Below are positions 1-7,861 of a DNA stretch of 10,429 bases, piece after piece. The position numbers and the translations under genes were made by a program. The number at the start of each line of letters is the position of its first letter. Positions within the stretch are counted from its first letter, which is position 1. The stretch is from NCBI GenBank assembly GCA_046262595.1, contig JBHEMM010000009.1, positions 1 through 10,429 of the forward strand, given 5' to 3'. A model generated the notes under the pieces. That model was not told the DNA's origin. It saw only the letters and a list, made by a program, of their open reading frames with translations, and ran no database searches. This stretch comes from Vulcanimicrobiaceae bacterium (lineage in GTDB: Bacteria; Vulcanimicrobiota; Vulcanimicrobiia; Vulcanimicrobiales; Vulcanimicrobiaceae).

Positions 1-1094
1 TCGGAGAAATATGCGATCGATTGCCCGTCCGGCGACCACGCCGGATCGCGCTCCATCACAGCCGGCGTTTGCGTAAGATTCCGTACGTCACCGTGCAAAG
101 CGGGTACGGTCAGAATGTCACCGTGCGCCTCAAACACCGCGCGGACGCCGCTCGGCGAGATCGCTGCGTTTTGAATCTGCGTACCCACTTTGAGCCAATG
201 CGGACGGACCTGCGGCATGTCGCCTTGCACGCTCACGGCGATCGCTCGCGACGTGTGCGTGCTCGTGTCATACAGGTGCATCGAACCGAGCTGCGTGTAG
301 ACGATGGCACCCGGGCCGGCGGAAGCGGACAAAATATCCAGGCCGTGGTTTTCGATCAACCGGCGCACGGCGTGTGTTGAAGGATCGTATTCGAAAAGCG
401 TCGCGGGGCCATTGCGGTCCGATAAGAAGTACAACGTGCCGGCCGCGTACATCGGATTCCGGTCGTTTGAATTATTGCGCGGCACTTTGACGACGCTCGA
501 GTCGCGTAGATCGGCGATCCATATCGGGGTCGTTTGTCCGCCCCGGTAGTGCTGCCACTGCGGCTCCCACTGCGCGTTCGGTACGTACGCGAAGTGCGAA
601 CCGTCCGCAGAAAATGCGCCCTCTTCCGCCATGTCGAGCGGCAGCTGTTGAGGAAAACCGCCGCTCGCAGGAACCGTGAACAGCCGGTCCGGATCCGAAT
701 AGCTCGTGCGTCCCGAACGGAACAGCACGTCCTTGCCGTCCGGCGTCCAGCCCACGGCGACGTCTGCGCCCGGGTGGTATGTCAGGCGCCGCGGCTCGCC
801 GCCGCCGGCCGGAACGACGTATACGTCGGTGTTGCCGTCGTACGTTCCGCTGAAGGCGACTTGCGTGCCGTCGGGCGAGAAGAACGGCGCGCCTTCAAGA
901 TTCATTCCCGTCACGAGACGGTGCGCCGCTCCGCCCTCGCGCGGCGCAATCCAAATGTCGCCGCCGAATTCGAACGCAAGCCGGGTCGCGCTCACGGCCG
1001 GGTTCTGATAGATGAGCGGTGCGGCATGCGCGGCCGACACAACGGAAAGAACGGCCGCGGCACTAAGTGCGGCAACGGCGAGCAGTCGGTTCAC
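1..1094 (-). CDS. Tricorn-like protease (S41 family), N-terminal beta-propeller/PD40 region; 3'-truncated by window edge
   Basis: Translated by hand: GTG at 1094, 364 codons with no stop to the window edge. MNRLLAVAALSAAAVLSVVSAAHA|APLIYQNPAVS is a Sec signal peptide with an A-H-A site. It is followed by GDIWI, PFFSPDGTQVAFSGTYDGNTDVYVVPAGGGEPRRLTYHPG, GWTPDGKDVLFRS, WQHYRGG, LYFLSDRNG, ISPSGVRAVFEAHGDILTVP and RDPAWSPDGQSIAYFS, all typical of tricorn homologs. The catalytic domain lies outside the window. Confidence 0.88.
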   Translation of the reverse strand, partial: MNRLLAVAALSAAAVLSVVSAAHAAPLIYQNPAVSATRLAFEFGGDIWIAPREGGAAHRLVTGMNLEGAPFFSPDGTQVAFSGTYDGNTDVYVVPAGGGEPRRLTYHPGADVAVGWTPDGKDVLFRSGRTSYSDPDRLFTVPASGGFPQQLPLDMAEEGAFSADGSHFAYVPNAQWEPQWQHYRGGQTTPIWIADLRDSSVVKVPRNNSNDRNPMYAAGTLYFLSDRNGPATLFEYDPSTHAVRRLIENHGLDILSASAGPGAIVYTQLGSMHLYDTSTHTSRAIAVSVQGDMPQVRPHWLKVGTQIQNAAISPSGVRAVFEAHGDILTVPALHGDVRNLTQTPAVMERDPAWSPDGQSIAYFS

Positions 1095-1105
1095 GTGAGT
1101 CGTTC

Positions 1106-2026
1106 CTATCTTAAGGTTTCCTTGGCTTTGATTAAACGTACCATCGCGTCGTTGTACGGGGTCGAAGTGTTTGTGCGCCGTCCGGCAGCGCAGATAGCGC
1201 CGTTGATGTGATCGATTTCGCTGGGATGATGCGATTCTAAATCGAACGCCATCGAACTCTTGCTGTCCGCGCCGACGGCGATGACTTCGCTGACGTACTG
1301 CCATGGATTCACGAACGGTAGATTGATCTTCTGCGCCGCGGCGACCGAGGCCGCTTCTTCTGCCAGCGCTTCAGCCAGCCGAGCCGCGTTCGGATCGGTG
1401 AGGATGACGCCGCTGTTGCAGTCGAGCAGCGCACTCAAGGCATTGATCGAGGCGTTCGCAACCAACTTGCCCCACAAGTGCGGCCGGATGTCGTAGACGA
1501 CCGATGTGCGCATGCCGGTGTGCGTAAGCAATTCCGCAACGCTGCGCGACGTCGCCGGCGAAGCGCCGCCGGAACCGATGATCGTGTTTCCTTCTTCCGA
1601 GCTGCGCACGCGCCCGGGAGCGGTGGTGAGCGAGGACTCCGTCGTAATGCCGAGGACGACCGGCACGGCGCCGCCGAGCGCCGTTTTGATCGACTCTTCG
1701 TTGCCTACGCCGTTTTGCAGTGAAACGATTGGCGTCGACGGGCTCAGTTCTCCGGCAAACGGACGCAGTGCGCGCAGCGTATCCACGGCTTTGACGAACA
1801 AGAAGACCATATTGGAACCGAAAAGTTCGCGCGCCCGCCGTCCGGCGCGGACCGGCCGCGGCGGTGAACCATTCACCGATAGCCCGCCGAAGGCTTCGAT
1901 GCCGTCGATAACGCTGGGGTTGCTGTCGAGCATCGTCACGTCGCACCGCTGGGCGAGGTGAAAGCCGAACAGCGTTCCCATTGCGCCCGAACCGATGATG
2001 CCGACGCGCGGTCTAGGCTGCTCCAT
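1106..2026 (-). CDS. panE: 2-dehydropantoate 2-reductase (ketopantoate reductase family)
   Basis: Rossmann motif IIGSGAMG plus FVKA, SLQNG, LWGKLVANASINAL (catalytic Lys), SSMAFDL and EIDHING (catalytic Glu); 306 aa. Confidence 0.9.
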   Translation of the reverse strand: MEQPRPRVGIIGSGAMGTLFGFHLAQRCDVTMLDSNPSVIDGIEAFGGLSVNGSPPRPVRAGRRARELFGSNMVFLFVKAVDTLRALRPFAGELSPSTPIVSLQNGVGNEESIKTALGGAVPVVLGITTESSLTTAPGRVRSSEEGNTIIGSGGASPATSRSVAELLTHTGMRTSVVYDIRPHLWGKLVANASINALSALLDCNSGVILTDPNAARLAEALAEEAASVAAAQKINLPFVNPWQYVSEVIAVGADSKSSMAFDLESHHPSEIDHINGAICAAGRRTNTSTPYNDAMVRLIKAKETLR

Positions 2027-2690
2027 GCCGCCGATTTCGCAGTCCCGTTAGAATCGCCCCGCACGCGAAGCCGCCGATGTGAGCGAAATAGGCTGTGCCG
2101 CCCTGGTTGGCACGCGGGTCGAGGGTTTGAAAACCCAAGAAGAATTGCATCGCGGCCCATAGACCGATCACCAGCACCGCCGGTAAGCGCAGCAGCAGCG
2201 GAAAACATCCGATCGGCGTGACGGTGTTGATCACGGCCGTAGGATACGAGACGATGAACGCGCCTAAAATGCCGGCGATCGCGCCCGATGCGCCAATGTC
2301 GGGGATGTGGCTGCCCGGCGCGGACCATATTTGCGCGAGACCGCCCGCGATTCCGCACACCAGGTAGGTGAGCAAGAAACCGCCGTGCCCGAGCGACCGC
2401 TCCATACGGGGACCGAACACGAGCAGAAACAGCATGTTGAAGAACAGATGCAGAAAGCCGCCGTGCAAAAACATCGACGTCACGATCGTTAAGAAAAACG
2501 GATGCGGCGAGGGCGGCGGCAGTTGAATGCCGTGCGTGAAATTGTACGGCACGAGCGCAAACTCGTTGATAACATAGTCCACGCGCGGCGCATCGATCTC
2601 GCGCCAATAGACATACGCACTTGCTGCGACGATCGCCCAAACGGCGGGCGCAAAACCGGCCGGACGGCGCTCGTCCGAGAGCGGAATCAC
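2013..2690 (-). CDS. Rhomboid family intramembrane serine protease
   Basis: MIPLSD N-terminus, TSMFLHGGFLHLFFNML, catalytic GASG and AYFAHIGGF (catalytic His), with several hydrophobic segments. The GTG start directly follows the mlaD stop. Confidence 0.93.
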   Translation of the reverse strand: MIPLSDERRPAGFAPAVWAIVAASAYVYWREIDAPRVDYVINEFALVPYNFTHGIQLPPPSPHPFFLTIVTSMFLHGGFLHLFFNMLFLLVFGPRMERSLGHGGFLLTYLVCGIAGGLAQIWSAPGSHIPDIGASGAIAGILGAFIVSYPTAVINTVTPIGCFPLLLRLPAVLVIGLWAAMQFFLGFQTLDPRANQGGTAYFAHIGGFACGAILTGLRNRRHGAA

Positions 2691-4241
2691 CTAAAACTGC
2701 AGCTGCAGTCCGTAAACGGTGCGGCGCTGCGGATGAGTGAGATCGCGCTGGCCTAAAAAGATCTTGCCGAATTTGCCCAGATTGAAATTGCCGTACACGT
2801 CGAACGTGGGGCGCCGCAAATTGTAAACCCTCGTTTCGAGTCCGACGGGGCCGTCGTACGAGGCGAGCGCGCCGAGCTGCGAGTAAAGAATGCCTCCGCC
2901 CGCGTGCACCGCGCCCCTATTCTTGATCGCCGCGAGATTGTATGAGGTGCGTCCGCCGATGTCGTTCGCACCGATCATCGCGGTGACGGGGCCGTGCGGG
3001 AGAACCAGCGCATTGATATCCGCTTGTGGACCGCGATCCGAGGTGAGCAGCCGGTTTGGACCCGTTGCTGTTTCTTTGCTCAAGTATCCCAGGCGCAGCT
3101 GAACCTGCACCAAATTGCCGGCAATCGTCCCCAGGCCTTTCTTTAAATTTGCGACGCCGGAACCGGGCGGTGGCGGCGTCTGCGTGCCCGGCGCCGGCAG
3201 TTGCTTGGAATTTTTTGGAACCGGATACGGCGTCGCGCCGGCATCAACACCGTAGACGCGGCTGCGTCCGCCGAGCGTACCGAGAAGCGAGTCGGCCTTC
3301 TGCATCGTCGCGTCCAGGTTAGCAACGGTATCGCGCAACTGCGCCTGCGTTTGCGGATTGCCCGAGATATCGCGCAGGTCGCCCGTGAGACCGGCGATGT
3401 TGCCGGTCAACTGCCGGATGTTCGCGGTGGTGTCGATTAAATTATTCTTTAAACGCGGATCGGCGGCGAGCGTCTGGAGCGAATCCATCGATTGGTTGAG
3501 CGCGACCGCAGTACGATCGAGCGAAGAAAGCATCGAGTCGATCTTGTATTGGTTGCGCGTGAGCGTTGAATCGAGCGTGGAGGTCATGTTCTCGATGTGT
3601 CCGCTCGCCACGGTGAGCGTCGAGTCCAGCGTACCGGAGAGATCGGACATCGTGCCTTTGAGCTGCATCGTGATGGAGTTGAAGTTGTCCATCGTGTTTT
3701 GCAATTTGTTGAGCAAGATCGGCTCACGCGTCTGCAGATCGGCCATCATCGTATCGAGCCGTTTGATCTCACCTTGGCCTTGCTGCATCATGTCGCCAAA
3801 CGTGGGAGCGGCGTTGCCGACGGGCTGCTGCGCGAGCGGCAATACCGTCTTGGGCCAGATCTCGTTCGCGGGAAGCGGCGTAGGCACCGCGCCGGGCGGG
3901 AGCGGCTGCGGCACCGGCGGCACGATGACCATGTTCGGGGTGCCGGTGATCGGCGCTTGAATCAGGAAGCGCGAGCCGCGCGGAATGTTGACGTCGCTTT
4001 GCAGCGCGAGGACGATGTCGACGCTGTTGTCGGTTTGCAGGCGCACTTGGTCCACGGTACCGACGGTGACGCCGCTGAAAAATACTTGGGCTCCGGTCGG
4101 AAGGCCTGCGGCTGAGGCGAAGTGCACGCCGATGCGGTAGCCGCTGTGCCGCGTTCCAAAGTCGGTGACGACATAGAACACGCCGAAGAGCAGCGCCAGC
4201 GCCAGCACCGCGAAAAGACCGAGTTGCGCTTGTCTAGACAT
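2691..4241 (-). CDS. mlaD: Long MCE/MlaD-family protein: N-terminal TM anchor, MCE domain, helical stalk, probable C-terminal beta-barrel
   Basis: N-terminal TM (LGLFAVLALALLFGVFYVV) and MCE motif F-x-SAAGL-x-x-GAQVFFSGVTVGTV...IPRGS. A long amphipathic helical region follows, then alternating beta-strands ending in YGLQLQF. It lies downstream of mlaE and mlaF. Confidence 0.88.
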   Translation of the reverse strand: MSRQAQLGLFAVLALALLFGVFYVVTDFGTRHSGYRIGVHFASAAGLPTGAQVFFSGVTVGTVDQVRLQTDNSVDIVLALQSDVNIPRGSRFLIQAPITGTPNMVIVPPVPQPLPPGAVPTPLPANEIWPKTVLPLAQQPVGNAAPTFGDMMQQGQGEIKRLDTMMADLQTREPILLNKLQNTMDNFNSITMQLKGTMSDLSGTLDSTLTVASGHIENMTSTLDSTLTRNQYKIDSMLSSLDRTAVALNQSMDSLQTLAADPRLKNNLIDTTANIRQLTGNIAGLTGDLRDISGNPQTQAQLRDTVANLDATMQKADSLLGTLGGRSRVYGVDAGATPYPVPKNSKQLPAPGTQTPPPPGSGVANLKKGLGTIAGNLVQVQLRLGYLSKETATGPNRLLTSDRGPQADINALVLPHGPVTAMIGANDIGGRTSYNLAAIKNRGAVHAGGGILYSQLGALASYDGPVGLETRVYNLRRPTFDVYGNFNLGKFGKIFLGQRDLTHPQRRTVYGLQLQF

Positions 4242-4289
4242 CGCGTCCCATATTCCACGAAAAGCGCACTTGCGCCCCTGTGATGCGGC

Positions 4290-5045
4290 TCATAACGGGA
4301 TCGGCCCCACCTCGGAGCCCTGCAAGAACTGCTGCACGATGGGGTTGAGGGAGGCTTTGACCTCTTCAACCGTGCCGTATTCGATGATTGCGCCCTCGAA
4401 AAGCATCGCCACGTAGTCGGCCATCATGTAGATGGAATGCAGGTCGTGCGAGATGACCACCGCCGTTGCGTTGAGCTGCGCCCGCAGCCGTTTGATCGTG
4501 TCCGTCAGAAGGTGTGTGACGATCGGGTCCAGGCCGGTGGTCGGCTCGTCGTACAGCACCAGATCCGGATTCGTCACCGTGGCGCGCGCGAAGCCCGCGC
4601 GTTTGAGCATGCCGCCCGAGAGCTCGGAGGGCATGTTGTCGAAGGTGTGCGCGAGACCGACGGAGTCAAGCGTTCGCACGACGACCTGCTTAATTTCGTC
4701 TTCGGTGAGCGCCGTGTGCTCGCGCAGCGGCAGCGCGATGTTGTCGCCGACGGTCATGCTGTCGAACAGCGCCGCAAACTGAAACGAAAAACCGATCTTC
4801 GTTCGCAGATCGATCAGTTCACTCTCGCGCATATGGCAGATATCCTGGCCGCGAACGTATACGTGCCCGCCGTCGGGTTTGCGCAGCCCGTCGAGCAGAC
4901 GCAGAATCGTCGATTTGCCGGCACCCGACATTCCGATGATGCACGTGATGGCCCCTTCGACGATATCGAGCGAACAGTTGCGCAGCACGACGCGTTCGCC
5001 GTAGTTCAGCGACACGTCGTCGAGTTTTGCGATGACCTCCGCCAT
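4290..5045 (-). CDS. mlaF: MlaF/Mkl-family ABC transporter ATP-binding protein
   Basis: Walker A GMSGAGKST, FQFAALFDSMTV, signature LSGGM, Walker B LYDEPTTGLDP, H-loop ISHD and C-terminal NPIVQQFLQG. Confidence 0.93.
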   Translation of the reverse strand: MAEVIAKLDDVSLNYGERVVLRNCSLDIVEGAITCIIGMSGAGKSTILRLLDGLRKPDGGHVYVRGQDICHMRESELIDLRTKIGFSFQFAALFDSMTVGDNIALPLREHTALTEDEIKQVVVRTLDSVGLAHTFDNMPSELSGGMLKRAGFARATVTNPDLVLYDEPTTGLDPIVTHLLTDTIKRLRAQLNATAVVISHDLHSIYMMADYVAMLFEGAIIEYGTVEEVKASLNPIVQQFLQGSEVGPIPL

Positions 5046-5049
5046 CCGT

Positions 5050-5886
5050 CTACCCGCCGCCGTACAGGAAATACGACATGATTAGATTCAGGAAAAACAC
5101 GAGAATGATGCACGTCACGACGGCGCTGGTCGTTGATTTGCCGACGCCCGCCGCGCCGCCGGTGGTCGTCAGTCCTTGATACGATCCGACCAGAGCGATG
5201 ACGACGCCGAACACCACCGATTTGAACAAACCTTTCACGACGTCCTCAAAACCGATCGTTTGCCGCGCGGAGGACATAAAGTCATTGTACGCGATGTGCG
5301 CGGCGGAGTTGGCGATCCATGCGCCGCCGCCCACGCCGATGACGTCCGCGAACACGGTGAGCAGCGGCAGCATGATCATCAGCGAAAGCAGGCGCGGAAC
5401 CACTAAGAACCGCACGGGTGCAAGGCCAAGGGATTGCAGCGCTTCGACTTGCTCGGTCACCACCATCGAACCGATCTCCGCGGCGATTGCCGCGCAAACG
5501 CGCCCCGCCACGACCACTGCGGTAAGCATCGGGCCCAGCTCGCGGACGTTCGTGTACGAGACGATGCCGCCGACGAAGCTGCCAAAGCCGTACTGCACGG
5601 CCTGCACCGCCGATTCGAGTGAAAAAACCATGCCGGTGAAGAGTGAGGTGAGCAGAACGATGAGCAGCGACTGGTAACCCAAAAGGTAACACTGGTTGAC
5701 GGTTTCCTTGAACCGGATCCGCAAGCGGACGATCGTCTTGAGCGTTTCCCATGCGAGACCGGTGACGCCGCCGATGTACTCGAAGAAGCTGTTGACGCGG
5801 CTTCCGACGATTTCGAGCGCGCCGACGCCCGCACGCTCGACTTTTTCAACCGTGTCGGGCCGGTCGTCGTCAAGCGCCGAAGACAC
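5050..5886 (-). CDS. mlaE: MlaE-family ABC transporter permease
   Basis: RELGPMLTAVVVAGR, AEIGSMVVTEQVEAL, LVVPR and GGAAGVGKSTTSAVV are MlaE hallmarks. The GTG start at 5886 has AGGA upstream, but the exact start is uncertain. Confidence 0.93.
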   Translation of the reverse strand: MSSALDDDRPDTVEKVERAGVGALEIVGSRVNSFFEYIGGVTGLAWETLKTIVRLRIRFKETVNQCYLLGYQSLLIVLLTSLFTGMVFSLESAVQAVQYGFGSFVGGIVSYTNVRELGPMLTAVVVAGRVCAAIAAEIGSMVVTEQVEALQSLGLAPVRFLVVPRLLSLMIMLPLLTVFADVIGVGGGAWIANSAAHIAYNDFMSSARQTIGFEDVVKGLFKSVVFGVVIALVGSYQGLTTTGGAAGVGKSTTSAVVTCIILVFFLNLIMSYFLYGGG

Positions 5887-6202
5887 GATCGATGTCCTGC
5901 AGCACGCCTTGCGTCGCTTCGATGCGGCGCACGGCGACGCTGCGTTCAGCGGTCAGATTGAACTGCACTTGGTTCAAGTGCTCCAAACGCTTGTCGACCG
6001 AGCGTAAGTGGGCGCGCGCTTCGCGTTCGAAGCCGCTGAAATAGCGGCGAACGTGCGCGAGATACGCTTGCTTCGTGCGTTCGTCGACATCGGCGCCCGC
6101 AATTGCGGCCTCCATCTTCTGCTGCGCGGCCTTCATGGCGCGATCGTTCAGATAGAACTGCCCGACCTTCGAAACCAGCGCGCGAAACGCTTGCGTCGTT
6201 AT
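5870..6202 (-). CDS. Hypothetical all-helical/coiled-coil protein (110 aa from ATA at 6202, or 88 aa from ATG at 6136)
   Basis: Fills the rph-mlaE gap and overlaps mlaE by 17 nt. The frame stays open upstream of the ATG ([28 protein letters not shown]). GGAG lies 8 nt before the ATA. The C-terminus is heptad-like. Confidence 0.72.
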   Translation of the reverse strand: MTTQAFRALVSKVGQFYLNDRAMKAAQQKMEAAIAGADVDERTKQAYLAHVRRYFSGFEREARAHLRSVDKRLEHLNQVQFNLTAERSVAVRRIEATQGVLQDIDRVFGA

Positions 6203-6924
6203 AACGTTGTCTCCAGCACCGAACGCTGCGTACCAAGAAGCGTGCGGATGCCCCCTTCGGCAAGGGAGAGCAGCGCGTCTAGATCCGGCCGGCTAAAGGG
6301 CGTCGCCTCTGCGGTACCTTGCAGCTCCGTGAATTTTCCGCCGTCGGTCATGAAGACGTTCATATCCACCTCGGCGCGGCTATCCTCTTCATATGCAAGG
6401 TCGAGCAGAAAGTGGCCCGCGGTAAGGCCGACGCTGGTGGCGGCGATTTGGCCCGTCAGCGGCCAACGGCGCGCGTCCTTCGGATCGAACGCCGTGCGCA
6501 GGGCCAGCGCCAACGCCACCCAGGCGCCGGTCACCGCAGCGGTGCGCGTGCCGCCGTCCGCCTGAAGCACGTCGCAGTCCAGCCAGACCGTGCGCTCGCC
6601 GAGCTTCCCCATGTCCGTCACCGCGCGCAGCGCGCGCCCGATGATCCGCTGAATCTCGTGCGTGCGGCCGCCCAAACGTCCCTTCGAAGCTTCACGTTGC
6701 GTCCGTTCCTGCGTCGCCCGCGGCAGCATCGAGTATTCGGCCGTCACCCAGCCCAGGCCGCGGCCCTTCATCCACTGCGGAACGCGGTCCTCCAACGACG
6801 CCGCGCAGAGCACATGCGTGTTGCCGACGCTGATGAGAGCGCTGCCCTCGGCGTATTTCAGGTAGCCGGGCTCGATCGTCACCGGGCGCAGTTCGTCGGG
6901 GCGCCGTCCATCGCTACGCGTCAT
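6199..6924 (-). CDS. rph: Ribonuclease PH
   Basis: [55 protein letters not shown] and [17 protein letters not shown]; 241 aa. Confidence 0.97.
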   Translation of the reverse strand: MTRSDGRRPDELRPVTIEPGYLKYAEGSALISVGNTHVLCAASLEDRVPQWMKGRGLGWVTAEYSMLPRATQERTQREASKGRLGGRTHEIQRIIGRALRAVTDMGKLGERTVWLDCDVLQADGGTRTAAVTGAWVALALALRTAFDPKDARRWPLTGQIAATSVGLTAGHFLLDLAYEEDSRAEVDMNVFMTDGGKFTELQGTAEATPFSRPDLDALLSLAEGGIRTLLGTQRSVLETTL

Positions 6925-7861
6925 GCGGCGAAGTTAGGACTGCGCTCGCGCCGAACCTGCGCGCGTCAACCCACGTTTGCCACAAATCGCCGTGCGCTTT
7001 GAGCAGATCGGGAACGTTACCGACATTATAGCGCGCGAACGTTTCCTTCGGCGGCTTCTTCGAACGCGAGCGCGTATAGCGCTCCACTTCGTCCCAAGAC
7101 ACGGGCATGCTGACCGGCGCACCTTCGCATGCGCGCGGCGAGTACGGCGCGACAATGCTCATACCGCGTCCCATCTGTCCCCAATCGGCATAGACCGTTC
7201 CGGGAGGCCGTTTTCTCCTATCGCGTTCGGCCGTTATGCTGCGCGGATTGCGCGCCGCAAGCTCGCGCGCGAGCCGTTCGATGTGCATGCGCGCTTCGCC
7301 ATAGCGCATCTGCGGCTTGGCGGGCACGACCACGTGCAGGCCGCGCGCGCCCGAGGTTTTCACGAGCGCATCGGCGCTCATACGCTCGCTGAAGAGATCG
7401 CGCGCCTCCAACGCGGCGCGCGCCAGCGTCGCGAGCGTGCAATCATCGGCTGGGTCCAGGTCGAGCAAGAAAAAATCAGGGCATTCGATCGCGCGCGTCG
7501 TCGATTCCCACGTGTGCACGCTGACCATAAAGAGAGAGACGAGATGCACGAGCGTTGCAGCCGAGTCCGCGATGACGTAGGTAACGACCCGTTCGCGTCC
7601 CGGGATCTTCGTGCGCTTGACCCAGCGCGGCGTGCCCGGCGGCGGATCCTGTTCGAAAGAGCCCGGGCCGTTGATCGTGCCCGGATAGATCTCGTACACG
7701 ATCGGGCGATCGCTCAAATGCGGCAGCAGCCAAGGCGAGACGGCGACGTAATATTTTGCGAGATCGAGCATCGTGTACCGGCGGTCGAACCAGACCCACT
7801 TCTCGGGGCGCGCGAACGTTATGCGACGGCCCTCAATCTCAATCTGCACCGGCAGATCCAT
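6914..7861 (-). CDS. Stand-alone LigD-type primase-polymerase domain (PolDom, AEP superfamily)
   Basis: DLAKYY...[11 protein letters not shown]-x-x-x-LDLDP (DxD), [17 protein letters not shown] and VAPYSPRA...[11 protein letters not shown]. No ligase or phosphoesterase domain; 315 aa. Confidence 0.9.
   Translation of the reverse strand: MDLPVQIEIEGRRITFARPEKWVWFDRRYTMLDLAKYYVAVSPWLLPHLSDRPIVYEIYPGTINGPGSFEQDPPPGTPRWVKRTKIPGRERVVTYVIADSAATLVHLVSLFMVSVHTWESTTRAIECPDFFLLDLDPADDCTLATLARAALEARDLFSERMSADALVKTSGARGLHVVVPAKPQMRYGEARMHIERLARELAARNPRSITAERDRRKRPPGTVYADWGQMGRGMSIVAPYSPRACEGAPVSMPVSWDEVERYTRSRSKKPPKETFARYNVGNVPDLLKAHGDLWQTWVDARRFGASAVLTSPHDA
6931..6936 (-). promoter_or_regulatory. Putative -10 element (TAACTT) for a leaderless rph transcript
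   Basis: TANNNT hexamer ending 6 nt before the rph ATG, so +1 would be the A of ATG at 6924. No SD precedes rph and no clear -35 is visible. Confidence 0.4.

Noticed and set aside
4260..4279. Hairpin followed by TTTT as an intrinsic terminator
   Set aside because: The stem is short, relies on G-U pairs, has a short U-tract and sits inside an operon; too weak to call.
4242..4292. mlaF TGA is in frame with mlaD across 16 sense codons and is followed by a hairpin (read-through or selenocysteine fusion?)
   Set aside because: MlaF has a complete normal C-terminus, MlaD has a normal N-terminus, and the hairpin is not recognisably SECIS-like. An open 48-nt spacer is likely by chance.
6914..7861. 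Full LigD/NHEJ locus, or CRISPR/phage-associated primase-polymerase
   Set aside because: No ligase or phosphoesterase domain, Ku gene, CRISPR repeats, cas or phage genes are in the window.
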